A DNA stretch of 64,000 nt from Balanoglossus misakiensis (Eukaryota; Animalia; Hemichordata): NCBI GenBank assembly GCA_040954595.2, contig CM082582.2:5812303-5876302 (forward strand), read 5' to 3'. Positions 34,002 to 45,800 of this stretch are shown here, piece by piece (within the stretch, counting starts at the first letter, position 1; every line of letters begins with the position of its first letter). Made by a program: the position numbers and the translations under genes. The notes under the pieces are model-generated. The model ran no database searches. It saw only the letters and a list, made by a program, of their open reading frames with translations, and was not told the DNA's origin.

Positions 34002-35631
34002 ATCGCAGCTACATCAATTTGTGTACAACATTAGACTCTCTCACAGCCCCCTCTCGCTGTCCATGCAGGCTTATGGTCTGATTGCATGTGTGCCCGGCGA
34101 GAGGTTCGCTACACAACACCTTATGGGGCTTCTTCTTTGCCAAACGGTTGAGGGCACATCAGTGAAGAGCCTTGTAGCGAACCGTGGGCTGTGAGAGAGT
34201 CTAGTACAACATGTGCCTCGGAACGAACGCCTACAGAACATACAAACTTTCAAGCTCATCAAATGTGATTCTGTAAATCTTCTGAATGTAGAGGTTGCTA
34301 TTGTTTCTATTGATGTGCATTTTGTAGAAGGAAATTACATCTCTTCCCTGGATCTTCTCTTGTCCAGGGAGCATCATTCTGTAGCATAGTACTATGGACT
34401 GTTAGAAACAACTGATGATGTATATTAATTATTGTATTACAACATGGTGAAAATGTAAATGTATTATTCTGGTACATTAAATACATCTTCCACACTACAG
34501 GTTTTACAGTGTACTTTCAAAGCTGGTGTAAACTGTATGTGGATGGATTAGCTTCTGGAGTGAGTCTTTTATAACTCTGTAAATATGCATATTCAGCCAC
34601 AGTTACCATAAAAAATGTTGCGATTGGTCAATCACAGATTTTCGCCGTGCGCCCTCAACATTTAACCGGGTAAAGCTTGGACCATGGGATTGGCAAGCAG
34701 GAACTGTTGAGGGCGCATCAGTGCCACATATCGGAATGCTGGCTGAATTTCTTCCATTTTCATCCTTCATTGCAATATGCTCAATAATTGCACACAAATA
34801 TTTATCTTATTATATTGGTCACTTTGTAATTTATGTGTGATAAAATTCAATTGACTATGAACCTATTCAACATTATTCGTCAAATATTCATAAACTAAAA
34901 TGTTGCGACTACTAAGGCGTTTTACAAAACCGCGTATACGGTCCCTCTGATAGTTACAGTTACGTGAAAGTGAATCATTTACTGGTAATACAACTCCCTA
35001 TTTATTTGCAAGGACAAATAGATCAATATAGTCTGGTTTGTCGTGCGGTTGTAACGCCCCATTAAATGTCAAATCTAAAAATGTAAACTTTCTATTTCAC
35101 GTCAAATCGCAGTTTTGGCTGAAAATGGCAAAGCTACTTGTTGACATGATGCGCACAAGTCTGTGCAAAACATTTCACGAAGACGGACGACATTTACATG
35201 CGCCAACGGTCTTTGTGGCTTGAACGAGTTGATGAATTTCACGCCCATTTCAACAGTGCACTTTCGTTCCGTCCGTATTGCGAGAACTTCTCACACGATC
35301 ACCTTGTATTAGCCTCTTCATCTACGTTGTCGGAAACTTTTTAACTGGCTCTTCACCTTGACCTTTTAGTTTTACAACTTTTCTTCTTCTTCAAAACTTA
35401 ACGAGTTGACAGAAAATCAATAAACTAGTGTGATGATTGACTAAAACCATTAAAGCAATTTACAGTCTATCATTAATTATTGACTTCAGAAGGGCTCCAA
35501 GTGTTTGGACTCGATTCAAATTCGTCCACAGCCCCGATCTAGAGTTAATATGGTCGCCGTGGTAACACCACACATTGCTGGGTTTTCAATCTTTCTTAAT
35601 ATCTCAGAAAATGTCCTTTCCTTGTCGGAGG

Positions 35632-36648
35632 CTAGACGGAGCAGGCGGCATCCCACGAGGTCACGATGACCTTTCTGGTGTGCCTGCTGCCGACGACGCA
35701 AATGCCAACCGGCCTTACCACCCCATCTCGATCGTAGTCCACGCAGCCCAAAAAGTTGCCGATAATGTCGAATGTCAATAAACGGTTGCCCCGGTAGCTG
35801 CAAACGTAAACAGTCCCGGTGCGGTCGATGGCGATCCCCGTGGGGTCGAAGCACCAGCACCCGTTGCTGTGGGTCGGTCCGAAAGCGTACAGAAACTCGC
35901 CGCTCTCGGTGAAAACCGCGACGCGCTTGTTGCCCCGGTCGCTGACGATGACGTTGCCCGTCACACCGTCGACGCAGGCGCACCAGGGAAAGCTGAGGCG
36001 GTCCCTCCCGAAGGAATCGATGAGGTTTCCTTCGGGGTCGCAGATTCGGACGCAGTGCGACCCGTTGTCGACGACATACACCTTCTCGTCGGACGGGCTC
36101 AAGGCAATGCCGATCGGGTTGACGAATCTCCCCTCCCCGAAACACCGAATCACTCTCCCGGCTGCGCCGCAGACGACCACCTGTTTGTTTCCACAGTCCG
36201 TAGTGAAGATGTCTCCGTTTTTGGCGACCGCAGAAAACTTCGGCCGAAACGCGGTCTTGAAGCCGGTCATTCTGAACACGCGTCGCGGGATGCCGTGGAG
36301 ATTGTACGTCCGCAGCTCACCTTTGTCGCTGTAGTCGTTGACGAGAAGGTCGCCTCTTGAAGTCACCGCAACGCCGTACAGGAGGTTTTTAATTCTTCCC
36401 AGTATCGTCCCTCTCAAACCAAACAGGTGAATTGTCGGAGGCGACGTTCTTTCGAAGTCTTCGCTCTGTTCATGAGTGCCGCTGGCTGACGATCGCGATG
36501 ACGATGTGTCCGGCGTAGAATCTGATTCAGGCGATGATTGTTCAACCGAAACTGGTACGGGCGACGAAGTCGATTTTTCCGCCGGTGCCTCGGTTGTGTT
36601 TACGGGGGGCAGTGTCGGCCTCCTTCGTACATGTATGCGGGTCGCCAT
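35632..36648 (-). CDS. Stand-alone NHL-repeat beta-propeller protein (TRIM2/3-like NHL domain, no RING/B-box seen), ~338 aa
   Basis: Repeats YGVAVTSRGDLLVND, GDIFTTDCGNKQVVV, FVNPIGIAL..VYVVDNGSHCVRI, FPWCACVD..VIVSDRGNKRVAVF, PTGIAID and RPVGICV. First in-frame ATG at 36648 in good Kozak context (gcaATGG); the track's 36702 start is TTG. The N-terminus is S/T/P/E-rich. Confidence 0.88.
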   Translation of the reverse strand: MATRIHVRRRPTLPPVNTTEAPAEKSTSSPVPVSVEQSSPESDSTPDTSSSRSSASGTHEQSEDFERTSPPTIHLFGLRGTILGRIKNLLYGVAVTSRGDLLVNDYSDKGELRTYNLHGIPRRVFRMTGFKTAFRPKFSAVAKNGDIFTTDCGNKQVVVCGAAGRVIRCFGEGRFVNPIGIALSPSDEKVYVVDNGSHCVRICDPEGNLIDSFGRDRLSFPWCACVDGVTGNVIVSDRGNKRVAVFTESGEFLYAFGPTHSNGCWCFDPTGIAIDRTGTVYVCSYRGNRLLTFDIIGNFLGCVDYDRDGVVRPVGICVVGSRHTRKVIVTSWDAACSV

Positions 36649-37477
36649 TGCACACACCTGACCGATATCACTGTTTTGAACCGTCCTCCCGAAGTCGTGC
36701 AATTCCTTTACACAGGTTCGTCTATGATCAAGCCGCGCCCCAAAGACGAACAGAACTTGACACTCGGAGATGACAATACCCTCTTCAATAATCGAATCAC
36801 TTATTGTATGGAAACAACTTCCAAATGTCTACAACTTAACTCTGTAAAATCTCTAGCCACAACACCTTCCCGCATAAGCTGCCCGTTCAACTGTGCGATG
36901 TTATACTTGTATACAAAACTACCTAGCATGTCACGCCTTCTTTAATCAAAGTCCAATATGCGCCATAATTGGTTAAGGTACGGGTTTCTAGAGTAGCCTT
37001 CTGAAGTGTGTTTCATTTCGAGTGCAACCCGGCCTGATTCCCGGCCACTTGAGCATTAGGTTAAAGAATGGGGGCGCACCCAAATAGCTCGGTTGCTAGA
37101 ACTTCAAGAAGCTGAGGAAAAGAGAAAAAATGAGAAGAAAAAAAACCCACGTCACGGTAAGGTTGTCTGGTCACCTGGTGCGGTTTCTGTACTCACGATG
37201 ACAAATTTTCTAATTAAAAGATAATAATGAACAAAACAAAACCCATGATTTTAAATGGTAACTTTAATGTCCCTGTGTCTCTTCACGGACGCAGCAAAAC
37301 TATTAGTTCAACAGAAGTTTATTTCAGGATCACTGTGATATTGTAACCAGCATAAGTTAAAGAGTCGACAGTTGCAAGTCGCAAGGTCTGTCTTACAGGT
37401 AAAACTGTTTCAATGCATGAGAAATAAAACGATGAGAAAAATACCAATTGTTACATTTAATTTACGTGCGTTTCAGT

Positions 37478-37810
37478 GAAAATTCGCAAAGTCGAAAAAT
37501 CGTAATTTTTTGACAATTTTCATGAGCTATAACCCATGATTTTTCGAAAAAAATGCAGAAATTTTGAAAATTCGCAAAGTCGAAAAATCGTCGATTTTGA
37601 CAATTTTCATGAGCTATAACCCATGATTTTTCTCAAAAAAAAAGAAATTTTGAAAATTCGCAAAGTCGGAAAATCGTCGATTTTTGACATTTTCATGAGC
37701 TATATATAACCCATGACTTTTCTCAAAAAATGCAGAAATTTTGAAAATTTGCAAAGTAGAAAAATCGTCATTTTTTCACAATTTTCATGATCTATAACCC
37801 ATGATTTTTC
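37478..37810 (+). repeat. About four diverged copies of the 88-bp satellite
   Basis: gaaaattcgcaaagtcgaaaaatcgtc..ttttgacaattttcatgagctataacccatgatttttc units, in the same orientation as the main array. Confidence 0.93.
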
Positions 37811-39593
37811 GAGGGACTGAATAATTGACGGGTTGTTCATCTATGCAAATTACTACAAGTACCTGACTCCAGATAAGTTTCTATATTCACCACCGCTGCA
37901 CTGCGGTGCAAAATTCTCACACTGGCTGCGCACGATATGACTGTTCGCCCTTTAGATATTTATATTACCGAGAATTTTGACACATCATGCATATATTGTG
38001 TCGCAAATTCCAGAACATTCGCCTAGGCCATACATTATACAAGGTAGAACAAAAGAATTATAACAAAACAAGTTTGACAAGTGGCACTACATGACGCAAT
38101 GACGCGTGTTCGCTGCTGATTGGTTGGAACCACCTGGACCATCTCCACTTGGATATTTCCGTCTAGCCTTCCCCGTGCATTTTCATAAGAGAGTCAGACG
38201 GCCATGCTGCTGCACGGACCACGAGAAGATGCGGAGAACTCTGGCCCCAAAACAGAGTTTCTCCGCTGGATAGTTTTCATGACGACAGCGGTAAGTAAAG
38301 TAACAGAAGTAGAGACATTTACTCAAATTTTGAACAGAAACATGGGTTATTCTGTGGCGAGTTACGGACAACTAAAAAGTCAGACGGTACTTGTCTGTTA
38401 CACCACGGAATTGAAAAATTGGATGTAATGCGCAGTCAGACAGCTCGGGTCAGCGCTTCGCTGCGTTTTATTCACAAATTCGACTCTTTCGCGTTACTCA
38501 ACTTGAGATGGTACGGTTTATAAAGTTTAGACAAGTCGGTGTTGAAGCTCTACTGGTGGGCGGCATGTTTTTTTTCACATAAAAAGGTAGTTTTTCGGGA
38601 AAGGGGAGGGGGCTGCAACGAATTACTAGCGGGTTCGGTGAATTGACAGCGGGCTCACGTGTAGTCAGCGTGTTTTCGAATTGTGAGCGAATGCAAATTT
38701 TGTACTATGCATGTACTACCAGTCAATAGCAAAAATAAGCTTTGAAACGCTTCATTTGGAACAGTTTTTGCGTGTGTCCGTGAAGTCTTTGCCAAAAAAT
38801 TGTTGAAGTTTAATATGTTCCGCTTGGCTGTGGGCCTAAAATTGAAAATGTGTGAACGTGGATAGTGCCAGGCTGGGGTTTAGGGGTACTTGTCTGTCAG
38901 CGAAGCCCTAAAATATTTGCCGTCGCGTATGCTGTACAATGTGCGAATGAACAACAGTTTGGCGTACGGTGACCCAAGTAGATATGTGGTTTCGCGTTTA
39001 TGGATAGACTATTCACTTCCCTTTCCTCGTTTTACAGACTGATCCCGGATTTCAACGACCAAGCCACGCAGCTGGAGGATTGTGCCTGTACGTTCCACGT
39101 GGATGCTATGATGTTACAAGCATGATGTACAAGTAAGCGGTATTAGCCAAATTTTGGGCAATTTTTAAGATCTTTCAACGATTCTGACTGGTGCCGGTAG
39201 CCAGTTCAGCGAACCGATTTTGAACAACCCTGAAAAATGCAACAACACGGATGCTATATGCGGATGTCATTTGAAAGTTTTGAAACCAACATGACTACAT
39301 GCTCGGTGTATGGGTCATTTTTGTTACGGCACCAACAAGTTCATCGACTTTGAATTCTTCGAAAGGTGCTCGTTGTTGTGAGTGTGTGTGCATGGTTCGT
39401 TTGTGTCACGGTAAGTTGAACGGTATATTTGGGCCATGCAGCTAGACTACAATGAGGTGAGCGTTTGTATGTTCCATGGCTGAATGAAGACCAGTGGAGG
39501 AGTGGTTTCATAACAAGTAAGTTATAGACATAAATAAAACCCCCGGTGCGGGTGGGTCCCATCCCTCAGACCGTCAGTTAATACTTAATACAA

Positions 39594-40525
39594 GTTTTTT
39601 GAGATATGTTATCTTTCGTCATTATTCAATAAAAAAAATTAAAAACATGCACGCACTCATAATACTGAGTAGTTTATTTCCGTACCGATCATCTTCCCGT
39701 CGCGTATATAGATAATGCAGTTTTTTAGATATGTTATCTTTCGTCATTATTCAATAAAAAATATTAAAAACATACACGCACTCATAATACTGAGTAGTTT
39801 ATTTCCGTACCGATCATCTTCCCGTCGCGTATATAGATAATGCAGTTTTTTTAGATATGTTATCTTTCGTCATTATTCAATAAAAAATATTAAAAACATG
39901 CACGCACTCATAATACTGAGTAGTTTATTTCCGTACCGATCATCTTCCCGTCGCGTATATAGATAATGCAGTTTTTTTAGATATGTTATCTTTCGTCATT
40001 ATTCAATAAAAAATATTAAAAACATACACGCACTCATAATACTGAGTAGTTTATTTCCGTACCGATCATCTTCCCCTCACGTATATAGTTAATGCAGTTT
40101 TTTTTAGATATGTTATCTTTCGTCATTATTCAATAAAAAAATTAAAAATATGCACGCACTCGTAATACTGAGTAGTTTATTTCCGTACCGATCATCTTCC
40201 CGTCGCGTATATAGATACTACATTTTTTTTAGATATGTTATCTTTCGACATTATTCAATAAAAAATATTAAAAACATGCACGCACTCATAATACTGAGTA
40301 GTTTATTTCCGTACCGATCATCTTCCCCTCACGTATATAGTTAATGCAGGTTTTTTTTAGATATGTTATCTTTCGTCATTATTCAATAAAAAAATTAAAA
40401 ATATGCACGCACTCGTAATACTGAGTAGTTTATTTCCGTACCGATCATCTTCCCCTCACGTATATAGTTAATACAGATTTTTTTTTAGATTTGTTATCTT
40501 TCGTCATTATTCAATAAAAAAATAT
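39594..40525 (+). repeat. Tandem repeat, ~126-bp unit, about 7.3 copies
   Basis: gatatgttatctttcgtcattattcaataaaaa... recurs at 39603, 39728, 39854, 39980, 40107 and onward. Confidence 0.96.
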
Positions 40526-40739
40526 CTTCGCTTGTGTCTATGTCTCTGTTAGTCTGTTTTTATGGTAAATAAGTTTACTTTCCAGGTTTTTGTTGAGATT
40601 GGTAATCTTTACCACGATTCCAATCAATAAAATGTTATCGAAACATACACTTGTATAATCAAAGTGGTTTATTTTGCACCTATTATCTTCGTGTGTATTT
40701 ACTTTCTATTTTTTTAGATTTGTCATAGATATTAACTTT

Positions 40740-41135
40740 ATTTCCTTGTTTTGCAGATGCAGAGACCAGTTTTTTCGCCATGTAGCGGTATAGCTGGGTG
40801 AGGTGTAAGGTCAGGTATGTTCCATGGCTGAACGATCATGAATATTAGACACTCACTTCATTTGCTTGTTTTGCAGATCCAGAGACGAGATCAATGGATA
40901 ATGGTATTCATCAACCAAGCTGGGGCCCAAGTGACTAGTTATTTTCGCCATGCAGAAGTATAGCTGGGTGAGGTAAGGGCAGTATGTTCAATGGCTGAAC
41001 GATCATGAATATCACCGACATTCACTTCGTTTCATTGTTTTGCAGATGCAGAGACGAGATCAACTCATAATGGTATTGCATGCAGCAGTATGGCTGAGTG
41101 CGGTAAGGGCAGTATGTTCAATGGCTGAACGAAGA
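40740..41135 (+). repeat. Three diverged 120-170 bp modules, each resembling acceptor-exon-donor
   Basis: ttgttttgcagat(g/c)cagagac ... gtatagctgggtgagg ... gtatgttc.atggctgaacga recurs, with acceptor AG ending at 40756, 40876 and 41045. Related pieces at ~39460 and 41688. Confidence 0.8.
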
Positions 41136-41881
41136 CCAGGGGTTTCAAGCAAGGTTTGACAAGCGATTCATGGCGGCCATTTTGAATTTTTTTTCGATTC
41201 AGACTGGTGCCGTTACCCAGTCAAGCGAACTTATTTTTGCACAAACCTGCATGTAACAATATTGACCCGGTACTACACATGGATGTCAATTCAATGTTTG
41301 AACACCGACCTGATTGCCAGATGCATGGCGTGGTCATTTTGTTGTGACACAAACATGTCCGCCATCTTTGTAGGAGACACTCCATTTACATAATTTTCAT
41401 TTATTCCAGGAATCCCATAGATGATGCTAAGATGATTGCCAGCCTGTGTGATTGAAGTCCAGAGATTACTGAATGGTTGTGAGAAGGTAAGAATTGTGGA
41501 AAAGAAAATTGAAGCAATGACGGAGACAATACATGGTAAAGGGGTGTGGGTGGGATTGTGTTCGTTCAATGTCCAGGAGTCGTCAGTTTAACAAAGTACA
41601 ATTATAAACTTGGGCAGATCTCTATCGTTGTTGCAGTAAAATTTAATCAAGTTGCCAAATAGTCATTTCTACTTTGCTTGTTTTGCAGATTCAAATACCA
41701 GATGGGTATCCGACAACCAAGCCGAGGACGAAGTGTCCATTATCCGCGATGCAGCAGTAACTGTTACCTGGCAGTCTGCAGTGACCACCTAACATCTAAT
41801 GATAAAATTCACTTTGATGTTTACTGTACTTTGAAATTCTGTCTTGATCGTTTAAAATTTTGCTCATGAAAACTTTAGATA

Positions 41882-42811
41882 ATTGTCACTAGCCACTGTG
41901 TATATTTTGGAATTTAATTGATTTCAGAATTTTGTTGTTTTTTATTGGCTGGAGATGGTAACTTTGAAATAAAAATTGTCAATGAACTAGATTGAAATGA
42001 AATACTTGTGTCTGTATCATTTTATTACCCCAGCACTACCTTGATGTTGAGATAATTGAAACGTGTAAGATCAAACTTAATTTGTAGCAAAGTCTGTTGT
42101 ATTCCGAGTCCCCCAAAGTTTAGATGTATCAATACAACAGTATGAACGCAGCTTAAATTTTTTCCCCGACTTGATGGTTAATCAGGTTCCCAACCCTCCC
42201 CGCAATGCACCCAAGTGTTTGACCTTCTAATCCTAATTAGTCATTTCAATAGAAAGCGATGGGTGGGGGACTACGGCGTAAGTCGCTGAGGGCGCCATAA
42301 TATTCATCACTACCGTGACACCACTTCATTAGAGCCATTCAGTTTTCAAACGCCGCCATTTTGAATCGGCGGAAGCACAGGGAAATAGCATGAAGTAAAT
42401 CTAAAACTAATTAATGCATTGATATAAGAACATTTCAACCCCACAGAAATCCATTTCATGTCAGAAATGCAAAACAGAAAGTTGTCTAAGTAATCCAGCT
42501 GGAACACCATTTGGCGAAGTGCAAATTAAATCGACCAATTGCAGGATAACATGTAGTCCCACGGTTGATTGACTTTGAAATGATCCCGATAGTTGTGGCA
42601 AATTATGCTCGGGAGTGATCCAGACAATTAGCAAGGTGGGTGACTTTTCCTTGTTTTTATCAATTTGATCGCAGCACAGGACAACACAATACATCACAGC
42701 AACAGCTTAGTACATCAAACACGACGCAACGGATGAAAATATTGGAAGGCACACAAGAAAGTTCGCAAAATCCTCATAACCCATGATTTTTCTCAAAAAA
42801 TGAAGGAATTT
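41882..42811 (+). repeat. Left arm of a long inverted repeat (visible part)
   Basis: Reverse complement of 63064-64000, e.g. acacaagaaagttcgcaaaatcct / aggattttgcgaactttcttgtgt and attgtcactagccact / agtggctagtgacaat. Confidence 0.97.
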
Positions 42812-45800
42812 TGAAAATTCGCAAAATCGAAAAATTTTCATTTTTGGATGATTTTCATGAGCTATAACCCATGGTTTTTATCAAAAAATGAAGAAATTTT
42901 GAAAATTCGCAAAGTCGAAAGATTGTCATTTTTGGATGATTTTCATGAGCTATAACCCATGGTTTTTATCAAAAAATGAAGAAATTTTGAAAATTCGAAA
43001 AGTCGAAAATTTGTCATTTTTGGATGATTTTCATGAGCTATAACCCATGGTTTTTATCAAAAAATGAAGAAATTTTGAAAATTCGCAAAGTCGAAAATTT
43101 GTCATATTTGGATGATTTTCATGAGCTATAACCCACGGTTTTTATCAAAAAATGAAGAAATTTTGAAAATTCGCAATGTCGAAAAATTGTCATTTTTGGA
43201 TGATTTTCATGAGCTATAACCCATGGTTTTTATCAAAAAATGAACAAATTTTGAAAATTCGCAAAGTCGAAAATTTGTCATTTTTGGATGATTTTCATGA
43301 GCTATAACCCATGGTTTTTATCAAAAAATGAAGAAATTTTGAAAATTCGCAAAGTCGAAAGATTGTCATTTTTGGATGATTTTCATGAGCTATAACCCAT
43401 GGTTTTTATCAAAAAATGAAGAAATTTTGAAAATTCGCAAAGTCGAAAAATTGTCATATTTGGATGATTTTCATGAGCAATAACCCATGGTTTTTATCAA
43501 AAAATGAAGAAATTTTGAAAATACGCAAAGTCGAAAAATTGTCATTTTTGGATGATTTTCATGAGCTATAACCCATGGTTTTTATCAAAAAATGAAGAAA
43601 TTTTGAAAATTCGCAAAGTCGAAAAATTGTCATTTTTGGATGATTTTCATGAGCTATAACCCATGGTTTTTCTCAAAAAATGAAGAAATTTTGAAAATTC
43701 GCAAAGTCGAAAAATTGTCATATTTGGATGATTTTCATGAGCTATAACCCATGGTTTTTATCAAAAAATGAAGAAATTTTGAAAATTCGCAAAGTCGAAA
43801 AATTGTCATTTTTGGATGATTTTCATGAGCTATAACCCATGGTTTTTATCAAAAAATGAAGAAATTTTGAAAATTCGCAAAGTCGAAAAATTGTCATATT
43901 TGGAATATTTTCATGAGCTATAACCCATGGTTTTTATCAAAAAATGAAGAAATTTTGAAAATTCGCAAAGTCGAAAAATTGTCATTTTTGGATGATTTTC
44001 ATGAGCTATAACCCATGGTTTTTATCAAAAAATGAAGAAATTTTGAAAATTCGCAAAGTCGAAAAATTGTCATTTTTGGATGATTTTCATGAGCTATAAC
44101 CCATGGTTTTTATCAAAAAATGAAGAAATTTTGAAAATTCGCAAAGTCGAAAAATTATCATTTTTGGATGATTTTCATGAGCTATAACCCATGGTTTTTA
44201 TCAAAAAATGAAGAAATTTTGAAAATTCGCAAAGTCGAAAAATTGTCATGTTTGGATGATTTTCATGAGCAATAACCCATGGTTTTTATCAAAAAATGAA
44301 GAAATTTTGAAAATACGCAAAGTCGAAAAATTGTCATGTTTGGATGATTTTCATGAGCTATAACCCATGGTTTTTATCAAAAAATGAAGAAATTTTGAAA
44401 ATTCGCAAAGTCGAAAAATTGTCATTTTTGGATGATTTTCATGAGCTATAACCCATGGTTTTTATCAAAAAATGAAGAAATTTTGAAAATTCGCAAAGTC
44501 GAAAAATTGTCATATTTGGATGATTTTCATGAGCTATAACCCATGGTTTTTATCAAAAAATGAAGAAATTTTGAAAATTCGCAAAGTCGAAAAATTGTCA
44601 TATTTGGATGATTTTCATGAGCTATAACCCATGGTTTTTATCAAAAAATGAAGAAATTTTGAAAATTCGCAAAGTCGAAAAATTGTCATATTTGGATGAT
44701 TTTCATGAGCTATAACCCATGGTTTTTATCAAAAAATGAAGAAATTTTGAAAATTAGCAAAGTCGAAAAATTGTCATTTTTGGATGATTTTCATGAGCTA
44801 TAACCCACGGTTTTTATCAAAAAATGAAGAAATTTTGAAAATTCGCAAAGTCGAAAAATTGTCATATTTGGATGATTTTCATGAGCTATAACCCATGGTT
44901 TTTTTCAAAAAATGAAGAAATTTTGAAAATTAGCAAAGTCGAAAAATTGTCATATTTGGATGATTTTCATGAGCTATAACCCATGGTTTTTATCAAAAAA
45001 TGAAGAAATTTTGAAAATTAGCAAAGTCGAAAAATTGTCATATTTGGATGATTTTCATGAGCTATAACCCATGGTTTTTATCAAAAAATGAAGAAATTTT
45101 GAAAATTAGCAAAGTCGAAAAATTGTCATTTTTGGATGATTTTCATGAGCTATAACCCATGGTTTTTATCAAAAAACGAAGAAATTTTGAAAATTCGCAA
45201 AGTCGAAAAATTGTCATATTTGGATGATTTTCATGAGCTATAACCCATGGTTTTTATCAAAAAATGAAGAAATTTTGAAAATTCGCAAAGTCGAAAAATT
45301 GTCATTTTTGGATGATTTTCATGAGCTATAACCCATGGTTTTTATCAAAAAATGAAGAAATTTTCAAAATTCGCAAAGTCGTAAAATTGTCATATTTGGA
45401 TGATTTTCATGAGCAATAACCCATGTTTTTTATCACAAAATGAAGAAAGTTTGAAAATACGCAAAGTCGAAAAATTGTCATTTTTGGATGATTTTCATGA
45501 GCTATAACCCATGGTTTTTATCAAAAAATGAAGAAATTTTGAAAATTCGCAAAGTCGAAAAATTGTCATATTTGGATGATTTTCATGAGCTATAACCCAT
45601 GGTTTTTATCAAAAAATGAAGAAATTTTGAAAATTCGAAAAGTCGAAAAATTGTCATTTTTGGATGATTTTCATGAGCTATAACCCATGGTTTTTAACAA
45701 AAAATGAAGAAATTTTGAAAATTCGCAAAGTCGAAAAATTGTCATTTTTGGATGATTTTCATGAGCTATAACCCATGGTTTTTATCAAAAAATGAAGAAA

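Noticed and set aside
35516-36360. Overlapping 209-, 171- and 163-aa ORFs
   Set aside because: Shadow frames of the GC-rich NHL CDS. The same applies to 4098-5209 over the GPCR.
39594-40525. 126-bp repeats as an RNA gene cluster (5S or snRNA)
   Set aside because: Very AT-rich, with no recognisable 5S, tRNA or snRNA motifs.
42461-42697. 78-aa ORF mirrored by the 80-aa ORF at 63178-63420
   Set aside because: Non-ATG start and no recognisable domain; the duplication is explained by the inverted repeat.
37810-42776. Transposase within the putative foldback element
   Set aside because: No long ORF or DDE, Rep/helicase or RT motif is visible, so no superfamily was assigned.
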